Source of the DNA: a virus | Strand: one strand, 5' to 3' | Virus record (IMG/VR): IMGVR_UViG_3300022562_002256 | Coordinates: 134,046 to 198,045 of that record | Length of the DNA stretch: 64,000 nt | Shown here: positions 18,479 through 27,862 of the stretch, in pieces | Position numbering within the stretch: position 1 is the first letter of the stretch | Layout: each line of letters opens with the position of its first letter | The notes under the pieces: generated by a model | What the model saw: only the letters and a program-made list of their open reading frames with translations | Databases searched by the model: none | Told to the model about the DNA's origin: nothing | Position numbers and translations under genes: made by a program

Positions 18479-18704
18479 AGACCGCCGCTCACTGAGCGCG
18501 TGTGGCGGCATGCGAGGCGAGGCAGCACTGCTACACGGCCTTGCGTCGGAGTCGTGTCGCGCCTCGCGCGCAACAACTGCGCGGCCGAATCCGGGATGTT
18601 CTGGATACGCAAGGGGTGTGCCGTTCGTAGACCGGCGTGTTCGATGCCGAAAGCGAACGGTGCGCCGGCGTTGCGCGCTTCGCGCAAACCGTTCGTGCGA
18701 TGTT

Positions 18705-19937
18705 CTACATCCGGGGACTGCCTGTTCGCACTGGCGCCAGTGCGGACGCCAGCGTGGCAACCAACTCGCCGAGCCATGCGGAGGCGGCCAATTGCGCGTC
18801 CTCCGCGCTGGCAAACGAGGCGGGATGGGTGACATCACCCGCGCTCAATTTCCAACGACCAGGGTCGAAGTATGCTCGCTGGACATCAACGCATATCGGG
18901 CCGACTGTGGCCCGATAGCCCACCTGCCGCCCATCCCACCGCATCTCCTCCCAGGCAAAAGCGCGATCACCCCCAGCGATGATGATCGATGGCGGCTTGG
19001 CGGCCTTGCTGCAGTCGCCGACTGCGGCTCTGCGTGCCTGGATGTCGCCACCCAGCAGCTCGGTGAGGCGCTGGTAGGGATCACCGTTGTGGGTGACGAC
19101 CTCGGAAAAGCCAGCCGCCGCCGAGTGCCCGCCACCCCCGAACCGCTTGGCAATGGCCGCGACATTCACCCCGGCGTGGGATCGCAGTGCCCAGTCGAGC
19201 ATCACCCCCTCTGACTCGTGGCGGTAGGCGAAGGAAGCCACGATATCGGCGTCGTGGATGACGTCACACACCTCCGACCGGACATCGTAGTCGGAGACCA
19301 CTGCCACCCGGTGCCCGCCCACGACAAGCCGGACGGCGGTGGCGGCTGCACGCGTCACGCGTGCAGCCGCCTTGTCGGCCAAGATGGGCCCAATGTTGTC
19401 GAGAAGCGGCATAGCGCCGCTGAGCCCAAGCTCGAGAAGGCGCGGGAGTGGCACAAACTTGAGGGCGAGTGTCAAGGCGTAGGCGCGGTCCCAGTCCGGG
19501 TCACCCCGTTGCCACGTGTCGTAGATGCCCACAAGCCGAGCGAACTCATCGATGCGGTGAGGCACGTCGCGTCGACCCCGAATTTGCGTCCACGCACGAG
19601 CGGCGAGAACCGCCCCACTCACACCGGGCTCCGTGGCCTCGTCGGCAAAGACACCACGGTCCCCGAACGCAGCCACAATATCTGCAGCGCCCTTGTGGTG
19701 GTCGAGGACCACGGCTCCCGCATCGACGAAATCGCGGATGCGCTCGCGAGGAGGCGTCATGTCACAGAAGAGCAAGCCCGGTTCTGCCACAATGTCGCGA
19801 TGAGCCGCGGAGGCGTAGTGGACAGCACGTACCCTTGCCGTCGGCAGAGCATCCATCAAGATGAGCGCCGATGCGTGGCCATCGGCGCAGTCCGCATGCA
19901 CCACGATGGTGGTAACGCCCAACTCGTCAAGCATCAT
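18705..19937 (-). CDS. DHH/DHHA1 family phosphoesterase with extra C-terminal domain
   Basis: HADCADG, FCDM, VLDHH, SGAVL, YDTW, SLRS-like ALRS, FGGGGH..AAGF; GGAGGA RBS. Confidence 0.9.
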   Translation of the reverse strand: MMLDELGVTTIVVHADCADGHASALILMDALPTARVRAVHYASAAHRDIVAEPGLLFCDMTPPRERIRDFVDAGAVVLDHHKGAADIVAAFGDRGVFADEATEPGVSGAVLAARAWTQIRGRRDVPHRIDEFARLVGIYDTWQRGDPDWDRAYALTLALKFVPLPRLLELGLSGAMPLLDNIGPILADKAAARVTRAAATAVRLVVGGHRVAVVSDYDVRSEVCDVIHDADIVASFAYRHESEGVMLDWALRSHAGVNVAAIAKRFGGGGHSAAAGFSEVVTHNGDPYQRLTELLGGDIQARRAAVGDCSKAAKPPSIIIAGGDRAFAWEEMRWDGRQVGYRATVGPICVDVQRAYFDPGRWKLSAGDVTHPASFASAEDAQLAASAWLGELVATLASALAPVRTGSPRM

Positions 19938-20105
19938 CGGTCCTCCTGTCAGCGATGCGCTGCCGAAGTTGATCGTGAGTCGGCGGCTCCACAATGGCGC
20001 GCGGGCCGAGCGAGGTGACGAGGCGGGGTCGGGTGGTCGTCGTGGTAGGCATGCTAGACTTGGGGTGCACTTTCCGTGCCGAGCGATGTCGTACGCGCCC
20101 GATTG

Positions 20106-20674
20106 TTATGCGGCCTTGCGGGCCGTGGCGCGGGTGCCTGCCGACATCCCCAGGTGCACATCGAGCGCTGGGCGGGGCTGCCTGCCGATCTCGCGCCACC
20201 AACGCATTCTGGCGGCCAGGCATCCGCCGGGCTCCTCAAAGTCATGGTTTCCGCCCCGCCCCTCAAGAGCTAGTGCGTTTAGTTCGGCATGTGTAATCCC
20301 TCGCCTACCTTGTCGGCCCCACCCGACTGCGCAAACGCTCTGCGCGCGGTCGTCGGTTACGAGGAACCCGTCCATGTTTTCGTGCCAGCGGGATCCGATA
20401 CGGATCCCGCCGGGCGCCCGAAGCCACTCGGGCCAGGCCGTCCAGATTCGGAGCGCGCGGCGCTCGCCAAGCGACTCGACGTGCTCGACAACGCCGTCTA
20501 GAAGCGAATCTCCGGGCTCGACCTCACCCGCGTGGATCACGCGCTGCACGCGCGTGAAGCCGCGGTCGTCGATGGGGCCCACCGGTAGCACGTGGAGTGT
20601 CGTCAAGTCGACACTCCGGCCGCCATCGAAATGGATCCGCACGGCTCTGCCATGCGTCCAGCGCAGGTGTACAT
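20106..20674 (-). pseudogene. hypothetical gene with apparent 1-nt frameshift right after ATG
   Basis: AAGGAGAG RBS + ATG at 20674 is out of frame with the long GC3-rich frame; adding one G (ATG GTA CAC) restores it. Confidence 0.45.
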
Positions 20675-20712
20675 TCGAACTCTCCTTTGGCTGCCTTAGT
20701 CCGCCGCTCTCA

Positions 20713-20728
20713 TGCACGTGGCGTGCCA
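20713..20728 (-). promoter_or_regulatory. sigma54-type promoter motif
   Basis: TGGCACGCCACGTGCA, identical to 29473-29488. Confidence 0.7.
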
Positions 20729-20732
20729 ACGA

Positions 20733-21068
20733 CTACCGCACCCGCACCTCCGCCCAGGAGTCATGACACCCCGGCGCGGTCAGGTCGACGCCCCGCCCGT
20801 TCACGACACGACCGTGGACCGCCGCAATTGCGTGCAGTCGGCTCATCGCCGCTTCCGTGGTGGCATACCACCACAGCGTTTCGCCGCGCCAAGTGGCATA
20901 CCTCATGGCCAGAACCGCGCCGCCCTGTGGGCGCAGCCGAACGTCGACCCCCTCGTCACAGAGGAGAACGGGATCCCCGCTCCGCCGCGCGCGCTCGGCC
21001 GCGATCTCGACCTCAAGGCGGGCCAACTCATCAAGCGACATACCTACAAGATTACCTACAAGACTCAT
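20733..21068 (-). CDS. hypothetical protein
   Basis: ATGA coupling. Confidence 0.55.
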   Translation of the reverse strand: MSLVGNLVGMSLDELARLEVEIAAERARRSGDPVLLCDEGVDVRLRPQGGAVLAMRYATWRGETLWWYATTEAAMSRLHAIAAVHGRVVNGRGVDLTAPGCHDSWAEVRVR

Positions 21069-21451
21069 CGTGATTCTTCCTCGACGTGCCGCCACCGCTC
21101 CTCTGTGGTGACCCACCACGCCCACCCTGAGCGCTGGACCTCGCGCTCGAGGAAGCGCTCTTTCGCAGCTTCCGCCCGCTGCTCGGCGGTCTTGACGGCG
21201 GCCATGATGAGATCGTGCTCCTCCTTCGCGAGAGCTCGGCCCGGGGGAAGGAGCCGCTTGCGCTGAACGCGCAGGTCAACAAGCGCGCGTTCAAACCGGC
21301 GCTTGGCACGACGTGCACGACGTGCTCGACGTCGTGCTTGCGGTGCCCAGTAATCGTGCGCACCCGGATCATCACGCTCAGGCTCATGGTGTCGGCGCAA
21401 GCCCCCACGGCCCGGACGAGCCGCATAATGGGTCACGATCAAGTTGCTCAT
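21065..21451 (-). CDS. Arg-rich hypothetical protein
   Basis: AAGGAG RBS, ATGA coupling. Confidence 0.55.
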   Translation of the reverse strand: MSNLIVTHYAARPGRGGLRRHHEPERDDPGAHDYWAPQARRRARRARRAKRRFERALVDLRVQRKRLLPPGRALAKEEHDLIMAAVKTAEQRAEAAKERFLEREVQRSGWAWWVTTEERWRHVEEESR

Positions 21452-21735
21452 ATCGCTCCTTTCCGCGTCTCTTCAACCAAAGCCGCCGCTCTCGCGGCGT
21501 GACTCTCCCACCCAATTCCATCGGCCATGAAGCCGACGATCGCGTATAGAAGCGCCGACAAGGCCGGCGCGTCCAGGGTGATGTCGTACGCGAGGGCGTT
21601 CATGTCGACCTCGCTGTAGTCCGCCCGCCGCTCGAGCCACCGCTCCACGCGTTCCACAGCCTCAGCCACAAGGGGCTCGGCGGCGAGTGCGCTCTGCGCC
21701 GCGATCACGCGGCGCGCCGTGTCGGCGAGGGTCAT
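21448..21735 (-). CDS. hypothetical protein
   Basis: GAGGA RBS, ATGA coupling. Confidence 0.55.
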   Translation of the reverse strand: MTLADTARRVIAAQSALAAEPLVAEAVERVERWLERRADYSEVDMNALAYDITLDAPALSALLYAIVGFMADGIGWESHAARAAALVEETRKGAI

Positions 21736-22232
21736 CGCGTCCTCTGGCCGCGCCGTGCCTTGCACGCCGAGACCGCCCATCGGCATCGCCGCTCACGGCG
21801 GGTAGAGATGCGCATCTCCGGGACCGGAGCGCAAACCTGGTCAGACTCGGGCTCCCGCTCGGGCTCAGGGATGAAAAACCGATAAGATGACGACGTCGCC
21901 CCGAACAGCGCGCCAGCCATGCGGCCAGCCACGCGCCCCTCCACGCACACGCCGTGGGCGAACACGGCCTCCGAGCTGGTCTGGGTCAGACCATACCTCC
22001 CACTATAGACGCTGATTTTTTGGATCAACACTTGCGGCTGCGCCGCGAGCCACTCGCGCACGGCAGGCCACGATGAGCCAAACATCGCGGCGTCCAGTTC
22101 GAGCCACGACCCTTGTCGGTCGACCCCCGTTGCCACCTTGGACAGGCTGCCCGCGGGCAGCCTGTACTCCGCCTCGATGGCAGCGTAGTACGCTGCCCGA
22201 GCCGCTATCACGAAGGAAAGATTTGCTTCCAT
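21732..22232 (-). CDS. hypothetical protein
   Basis: ATG downstream of sigma54 motif at 22255. Confidence 0.55.
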   Translation of the reverse strand: MEANLSFVIAARAAYYAAIEAEYRLPAGSLSKVATGVDRQGSWLELDAAMFGSSWPAVREWLAAQPQVLIQKISVYSGRYGLTQTSSEAVFAHGVCVEGRVAGRMAGALFGATSSSYRFFIPEPEREPESDQVCAPVPEMRISTRRERRCRWAVSACKARRGQRTR

Positions 22233-22254
22233 TGGTCTCTCTAGTTGTTTTGTA

Positions 22255-22270
22255 TGCACGTGCCGTGCCA
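22255..22270 (-). promoter_or_regulatory. sigma54-type promoter motif
   Basis: TGGCACGGCACGTGCA, identical to 38180-38195. Confidence 0.7.
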
Positions 22271-22741
22271 CGGGTGCGCTCACCCGTCTCTGAGTTTCAT
22301 AAGCGCGCGGTCGTCCACACCGACCGCGCTGATGACGATGAGTCCTCGCTCGGCGCACCGCAGCGCGAAGGCGAGACGGTCCTCGAGCGTCGAATCGTTC
22401 AACAAGGGCACTGAGAGCATAGAGCGCACGCAACTCGTCATTTTTCACCAGCGCGAGATCTTGCGCGGGCCTCAGCGGGATGACTCCACGGATCCCGTGG
22501 AGCGGGTCAACGGTGGTTCGGTCGCGGTGGGCTGGCAGACCGAATTCGCACTGTTCGAAGGGGCAGTGAGCACCCCCGTGCCACGCCGCGTCGTGCCCAT
22601 CGCGCGGCTCGAAAGAGCGACCGAGGGCGACCTCCGAGTCACGGCAGTCGCCGCACAGGTCGGCCCCCGAATCGAGAGCCCCGCTCGCGAGCCGGTCACA
22701 TCCGTTCGCACACATGGTCGTCCAGATATTCATTTTCCCAC

Positions 22742-23071
22742 CTATAAAAGGCGCACTTCGTGCGCCACAAGGCGACGCGCCTCGTCGCCTTCGCGCGTAC
22801 GCGCCGCGACCAAGGCGGCGATGCGACCGCGGGCCGCGCCGAGCGTCGTGGCGTCAACCTGGGCTCGAGCCCAGAGTGCGTCGCTTTCGGCGTCCCAGGC
22901 AGCCTGGGCGCCGAGGTCGTCGGCGGGTGCGCCAGGGAACAGGGGCCGCGGTCGGGCGGCGAGCCACTCAAAATGGGTGGTCCGAGCATACGCTCGGACT
23001 AGGTGCGCGGTCTTTGCGTCGAGGCGATGCGCTCGGCGGCGGCGGCGGAGTCGGCGTGCTCTGGGGTTCAT
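22742..23071 (-). CDS. hypothetical protein
   Basis: ATG 14 nt after sigma54 -12 element. Confidence 0.55.
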   Translation of the reverse strand: MNPRARRLRRRRRAHRLDAKTAHLVRAYARTTHFEWLAARPRPLFPGAPADDLGAQAAWDAESDALWARAQVDATTLGAARGRIAALVAARTREGDEARRLVAHEVRLL

Positions 23072-23083
23072 GTCCTGCTGTCT

Positions 23084-23099
23084 TGCACTGTCCGTGCCA
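23084..23099 (-). promoter_or_regulatory. sigma54-type promoter motif
   Basis: TGGCACGGACAGTGCA. Confidence 0.7.
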
Positions 23100-23211
23100 T
23101 CGTGGCGCGGCAACCGCACGGCGCGCTGGTCGTGTGCGGCCTTACGGTGGCGGATCGGCGTCGATCCACGCCGTGTCAATGATTTTGGGCACTTAGCCGC
23201 GCCGGCGGGGC

Positions 23212-23315
23212 GTGGCATGTTGCCACACCGTGGCAGACCGCCACACGTCGCAGAACCAGCACTCAAGTGGCTGCCAGCACGCGGTCCTGGAACAAATCCG
23301 TGGCAGAACGCCACA
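23212..23315. repeat. three palindromic GTGGC-N5-GCCAC boxes
   Basis: boxes start at 23212, 23230 and 23300; the last two lie in 18-mers CCGTGGCAGA(C/A)CGCCACA with 17/18 identity. Confidence 0.7.
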
Positions 23316-23376
23316 ACCAATACTGAACACGGCGCCGGGGAGAGCGGGAACACCACGCCCTCACGCCCCACCGCCC

Positions 23377-23495
23377 GCGCGCTTCTTGCGTTTAGCCGGC
23401 AGAATTTACCGGCACCTGCTGACAGCCGGTTGAGCGCTAGATCGTGCGTGCCGACGTGAGCGGATTCACCGACTCGGCAAAATCGACGCGCAAAC
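23377..23495 (+). repeat. 119-bp dispersed repeat, copy 1
   Basis: ungapped manual alignment to reverse complement of 36706-36824 gives 103/119 identity. Confidence 0.9.
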
Positions 23496-23599
23496 GGTGC
23501 GCCAAGGGGCGATAGTCCAGAATCGTGGAGCGGGCTGTTCGCCCCGAATTGTGCCGCAAACGCAAGAGCGCACGCGGAGACGTCCCTCCCCTCGCCAAG

Positions 23600-23615
23600 T
23601 GGCACGGTGCGTGCA
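23600..23615 (+). promoter_or_regulatory. sigma54-type promoter motif
   Basis: TGGCACGGTGCGTGCA; ATG 15 nt after the -12 C. Confidence 0.7.
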
Positions 23616-23628
23616 AGTAGGTTTGGAC

Positions 23629-23874
23629 ATGAACAACAACGCCGCCGCCACCATCGCCCACCTTGACGCCGCCGAGCTCACCCTGGTTCGTGAGCTGGCC
23701 AGCCTCAACGCCGACCTTCGCGCCCATGCGGCAAGCGCGGGCCCCATGTGGCTCGCCGCCACCCGCAACACCAAGGCGGGCCTGGAGAGTGCGCTCCGCC
23801 AGACCAGGATCACCCGTCGCCGGGCGGTCGCCGAGTGGAACAGGCAAGAAGCCATCCGAGAGGGCGACCTGTAG
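23629..23874 (+). CDS. small helical hypothetical protein
   Basis: apparently leaderless ATG after sigma54 motif. Confidence 0.6.
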   Translation: MNNNAAATIAHLDAAELTLVRELASLNADLRAHAASAGPMWLAATRNTKAGLESALRQTRITRRRAVAEWNRQEAIREGDL

Positions 23875-23897
23875 AGCTGAAAGGGGGCGCGCTTCGG

Positions 23898-23926
23898 TTG
23901 ACGGCGCCGCCGAGCCCCCTTATGAT
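23898..23926 (+). promoter_or_regulatory. sigma70-type promoter
   Basis: TTGACG-N17-TATGAT; ATG 7 nt after -10 (leaderless). Confidence 0.7.
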
Positions 23927-23932
23927 CGGGGT

Positions 23933-24295
23933 ATGGCAAACGGGGCCGTCGTGGGTGGGGGTACAGCCGCCGGGGATTGGATAGGATGGCTGATACTGGG
24001 ATGCTTGGCCTTGGTGGGGGGGGTGTGGCTCGCCGCCCACCTCGCAGCGCACTGGGAAGACATCGCTCACTGGTGGCGGATCCGCCGTTACGCTCTCCGA
24101 CATGCCGACAGACTCCTTACCGAGTCCCGGGCTTACGACGTGCTGCAAGCCACCATTCGCCGTCTCACCGCTGAGAGGGAGGCGCTCCACCGCGAGATTG
24201 AACATCTTACCGCCGAAAACGCTGGGCAGCGCCGCCTTCTTGAAGAGGGGGACCACAACCGGATCAGCGTGTTCCGTGTCGAGAGCCTCCGGTGA
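23933..24295 (+). CDS. membrane-anchored coiled-coil protein
   Basis: N-terminal TM segment WIGWLILGCLALVGGVWLAA followed by heptad-like helix. Confidence 0.65.
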   Translation: MANGAVVGGGTAAGDWIGWLILGCLALVGGVWLAAHLAAHWEDIAHWWRIRRYALRHADRLLTESRAYDVLQATIRRLTAEREALHREIEHLTAENAGQRRLLEEGDHNRISVFRVESLR

Positions 24296-24498
24296 GCGCG
24301 CATAGAGACGACCAACTGGCGACGTGTCACGACCATCGCAGCGTGTTCCGTGAGCGGCCGGCAAACTTCGATGAGTTGGTCGCGTTCGAGCGGCGGATGC
24401 TCGAGACACGTGGCTGGGTCCAATTCGTCGACGACCACAACCGGGCGCAGCGGGTCTACCTGTCGTCGCGGCGCCCGGCGCCACCCGCAAAGAAGTAG
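24292..24498 (+). CDS. hypothetical protein
   Basis: GTGA coupling. Confidence 0.5.
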   Translation: MSAHRDDQLATCHDHRSVFRERPANFDELVAFERRMLETRGWVQFVDDHNRAQRVYLSSRRPAPPAKK

Positions 24499-24564
24499 GG
24501 CAGCAACGCCGTCGGTCTTGCCAGGCTTGACAGCCGGGCGGATCGCGCTAGTTAGAGCGGCAGC

Positions 24565-26529
24565 ATGCCCACGCCGCCCTACGCCCGCCTCGGAGTCCGC
24601 GTCAACGGCGGCGCCCCCCAATACGGTGGCATCACCGTGGCGCACGGCGACATGGTGCAGATCGTTGCCGAGAATACCGCTTTTTGGGGGTCGCCTGCGG
24701 CGTTGTGGACGATCTACGAGTACCCCGATGGGTGGACGGGGCCGGGTGCCCCCTGGGTTGCCACCGTGGTGCCCCAGCCCAACGGTCTCCCCGACGCGAC
24801 CGTGTTCGTGTACGCGGGCAACACGTTCCCCCCGGCGTTCGCGGTCCCTGTCGCGCCGCAGTGGGGGAAGTTCCTCCTTTCCCTGCTGGTCAACGGCGGG
24901 GTGTCCCAGACGGTCCCCCGGGAGACTTTGTACGACGAGGCCACGTCCTTTCAGGTGCTCAGTCCGCTCGGGTTCGGCGACGTCGCGTTCCGAGAGACGA
25001 GCCAGTGGGGGGCCTGGCGGGGGTGGGCTGGGCCTCTCAAAGAATTCCTGCGAGACGCCGACACAGCCATCGCCGCCGCCGGGGCGCTGAGCGACGCAAC
25101 ACCGGCTGCCATAGGCACTGCTGCCGCCGGCGTGTCGGTGGCGGCGTCTCGTGGCGACCATGTGCACGCTGTAGGCGAGAACCTGGTGTTTCCCGCGACG
25201 GGCACCACCACCATCGCGAAGGCTCAAGCAGCCGCCGTTGGGTTGCTTACGACGCTGCGGGGGCAACAGGGGGCTGTCGGCAGCGCCGGTGGCACGTTGG
25301 AAATCGGGCCCGGCGCGGGCGGGACGCCGGACGTCGACTCGCCGGGCGGCTTAACTGTCAACCTCCAAAGCGATGGAGTGGCGAGCGGGGTGCTCACGTG
25401 GTCGGCCGGCGCATTGGGGTCGTTTCTCACCCTGGGTTACGACAGCGCCACCACATCTGTGAGCGAATCCACCACAAGACCGACGCTCTTGCGCAACTCT
25501 GCCACCGACCATCGGTGGCAGATCGGTGGCAATGACAAGGCCACGCTCACTGCGACGGTGATGACGCTGCAGGGCATCGGGTTGGTGACCGATTATGTCG
25601 CCACGGCCTCGACGGGGGTGGCGGTTACCGGTGCACTCCGAGGGACATCCTCAGCCCCCCTTGTGGCGTTCCGAGAGACCGGAGGGCTGTACGACATCGT
25701 TGCGCTCGCCTCTCTAGGCGACAACAAAACGTATGTCGGAGACGAGGTGGGTGAAGGGACCGTCGTTCGGGCGGGGGCGACCAAAGAGGTGCATGTCGAG
25801 ATCGATGGCGCCACCGTATACCTCCGCGTGACCGAGACATCGGTCAAATTCCTGCAAGATATCACAGTGCTGGACGCCACCAAGCTGACGCTCGCCGCAG
25901 CGCAGTCGCTCTACGTCGACACCCACCAGGCAGTCTCGCTCACCGGAGGGTTCCTGACGCTGGGGTCCGACTCGGAAGGGGGACTCGATCTTCGCATCGA
26001 TGGGGGCAACGAGCATCGGTTGTTGGTGTCGAACGTCCCGGTTTTGTCGGTCGGCGGCAACTACGCCACGCTGGGGGGCACATTCACCTCAAGCGGGACG
26101 AACGCACCCACGTTTCAGGTGAGTTTTCCGCTGAAGACGGGGACACGGGGAGCGTCCACCCTGCGCGATGCGCTCGAGGCTGGATACGTCACCACCACCG
26201 ACGCGACGACCACCACCGCCTACGAAGCGACACTGAGCGACAACAGCATCGCGACATACGAATTCGACGTGGAGGCTCGCGACCCCGCCACCGGCAACAG
26301 TGCGGGCTACAAGCGACAGGTGCGCGTTAAGCGCCACGGCGGCGGCGCCGCGACGATTGTGGGGACTGGACCTCGCACGCTCGGCGTCGATGACGCCGAC
26401 GCCGGTGCCGCCGGATGGACGGTTGGGGTGGACGTGTCGGTGAACAACGTTCGCGTCCGAGTGACTGGCGCGCTTGGCGTCACGGTCAAGTGGTACGCGA
26501 GCGCCAAAGTAGTGGAGATGGTGCCATGA
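24565..26529 (+). CDS. virion structural protein, tail-fibre-like (654 aa)
   Basis: T/G/A/V-rich beta composition; ASRGDHVH fibre repeat shared with 45952-47016; C-terminal V.V.VTG..G.TVKW domain. Confidence 0.6.
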   Translation: MPTPPYARLGVRVNGGAPQYGGITVAHGDMVQIVAENTAFWGSPAALWTIYEYPDGWTGPGAPWVATVVPQPNGLPDATVFVYAGNTFPPAFAVPVAPQWGKFLLSLLVNGGVSQTVPRETLYDEATSFQVLSPLGFGDVAFRETSQWGAWRGWAGPLKEFLRDADTAIAAAGALSDATPAAIGTAAAGVSVAASRGDHVHAVGENLVFPATGTTTIAKAQAAAVGLLTTLRGQQGAVGSAGGTLEIGPGAGGTPDVDSPGGLTVNLQSDGVASGVLTWSAGALGSFLTLGYDSATTSVSESTTRPTLLRNSATDHRWQIGGNDKATLTATVMTLQGIGLVTDYVATASTGVAVTGALRGTSSAPLVAFRETGGLYDIVALASLGDNKTYVGDEVGEGTVVRAGATKEVHVEIDGATVYLRVTETSVKFLQDITVLDATKLTLAAAQSLYVDTHQAVSLTGGFLTLGSDSEGGLDLRIDGGNEHRLLVSNVPVLSVGGNYATLGGTFTSSGTNAPTFQVSFPLKTGTRGASTLRDALEAGYVTTTDATTTTAYEATLSDNSIATYEFDVEARDPATGNSAGYKRQVRVKRHGGGAATIVGTGPRTLGVDDADAGAAGWTVGVDVSVNNVRVRVTGALGVTVKWYASAKVVEMVP

Positions 26530-27113
26530 CGAACAGGTCGTTTCTGGGTATTTGTGTGTTGGTTTGCACTATCAACACTCCGGCGCTCGCGCAGCCGCTT
26601 GTGTGTGGCTGCCAGGTGGTTGGCGAGAACGACGGGTACTCGGTTGAACTCCTAACCGCCGCCGGGGAAACACTGAGTGGGCGAATTGGCGGCGAACTGA
26701 TGTGGTACACGGAGAACAACCAGACCGGCCCGCTGACAGTGTTCGCTGGTGCCGTGCACGCCCGCACGTTTGCCGCCACCCCTCCTGTGTTCGTGACGGG
26801 AAACATCACCGTGACGCCGGACATGATGACGGTGGTTGTCAACCCGGACGGCGACACGGCGGTGGTCAGCCTTCCAGTCGCGCTCTACCAGCCGGGGCAG
26901 CGGGTGACCATCAAGCAACTAGGTCAGGGTGCGGTCGACGTTCATGGAGCGTTTTCGTGGTATTTGCAGGCTCCGGAAACGATTGATGGCAGCCCGTCGT
27001 ACATGCTTCCCACTCCGGTCGGAAGTGGCTGGCCGGCGGTCACGCTGGAGGCGTGGGTGTCGGAAACGTGGCCCTACCGTTCGGGTTGGGTCATCGTGGG
27101 GGCGTACCAATGA
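26526..27113 (+). CDS. signal-peptide-bearing beta-rich protein
   Basis: MTNRSFLGICVLVCTINTPALA|QP signal peptide; ATGA-coupled to fibre gene. Confidence 0.6.
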   Translation: MTNRSFLGICVLVCTINTPALAQPLVCGCQVVGENDGYSVELLTAAGETLSGRIGGELMWYTENNQTGPLTVFAGAVHARTFAATPPVFVTGNITVTPDMMTVVVNPDGDTAVVSLPVALYQPGQRVTIKQLGQGAVDVHGAFSWYLQAPETIDGSPSYMLPTPVGSGWPAVTLEAWVSETWPYRSGWVIVGAYQ

Positions 27114-27131
27114 GTCGGCGGTCGGGGAACA

Positions 27132-27557
27132 ATGACCGCCGCCGCCACCGACTCCGAGCGAGTCAGCCCCCTGCCGGAGCCGAGCAGCTCGGACCCGAGG
27201 ATATCGCTTCCGACGGCGCCGTTGCCCGACGACCCATCGGTGTACAGCACGTTCGATCCGGCGCTGCGGCATTCTTTTTTACCGCCGCTGCCGACGTCGA
27301 CGCCGATCCCCCCATCATCGACGGCGCCGTCCACGAGCGCCACTTCCGGTTTGACCCCCCCTGACCCCCCCTTGGAGATCCCCATGAGTGACACCATCCC
27401 CCCGGTTGCCGCACCTAGTCCGGATGTCACGACAACCGAACCCCCACCCCGCCCGCCGAAGGACGACGGTTGCATCCTCCGGCGCTGGCCGGTGGTGGGC
27501 GCGCTTGTCGTCGGCGTCATCGTCATCGCTGCGGTTGTTTGGGCGGTGATGCGGTGA
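27132..27557 (+). CDS. Pro/Ser/Thr-rich protein with C-terminal TM helix
   Basis: WPVVGALVVGVIVIAAVVWAVMR. Confidence 0.6.
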   Translation: MTAAATDSERVSPLPEPSSSDPRISLPTAPLPDDPSVYSTFDPALRHSFLPPLPTSTPIPPSSTAPSTSATSGLTPPDPPLEIPMSDTIPPVAAPSPDVTTTEPPPRPPKDDGCILRRWPVVGALVVGVIVIAAVVWAVMR

Positions 27558-27862
27558 CTGCCCCGGCGGAGGCGTTGTTCGGCGTCGATCCGCTGGTCAT
27601 CGCGCTGGTCATGCTCACCGCAGCGCTGCTATTTCTCATGCCATGCGCGCCCCTCCTCTTGGCGCTGTGGACGATGGTCCGCCGCGAGGGGCGCCTCGAG
27701 GTTGAGGCGCGAGCCGAGTTCGTCCGCGCTCAGACAGAACGCATTCATGCCCGGGTCGAGCTCGCGCGAGTCCGAGCGACATCACGCGCCACGGTTGGGT
27801 TTAGACCCGACGGGGCCCCGCCCTCTCGAGGACCAGCCAGCCGACCTGCACCAGCGCCATAA
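27554..27862 (+). CDS. small membrane protein (possible lysis-related)
   Basis: GTGA coupling; hydrophobic N-terminal segment, basic tail. Confidence 0.5.
   Translation: MTAPAEALFGVDPLVIALVMLTAALLFLMPCAPLLLALWTMVRREGRLEVEARAEFVRAQTERIHARVELARVRATSRATVGFRPDGAPPSRGPASRPAPAP

Noticed and set aside
21732-22733. Single 333-aa gene
   Set aside because: An internal sigma54 motif (22255) and ATG 22232, with poor codon pattern around 22270-22400, indicate two or more genes read through in one frame; the upstream part's boundaries are unresolved.
23212-23315. Possible mini CRISPR array
   Set aside because: Repeats are only 15-18 bp with irregular spacing (3 and ~52 nt) and lie 17 kb from the cas genes; more like operators. 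No 25-40-nt repeat-spacer array was seen anywhere in the window.
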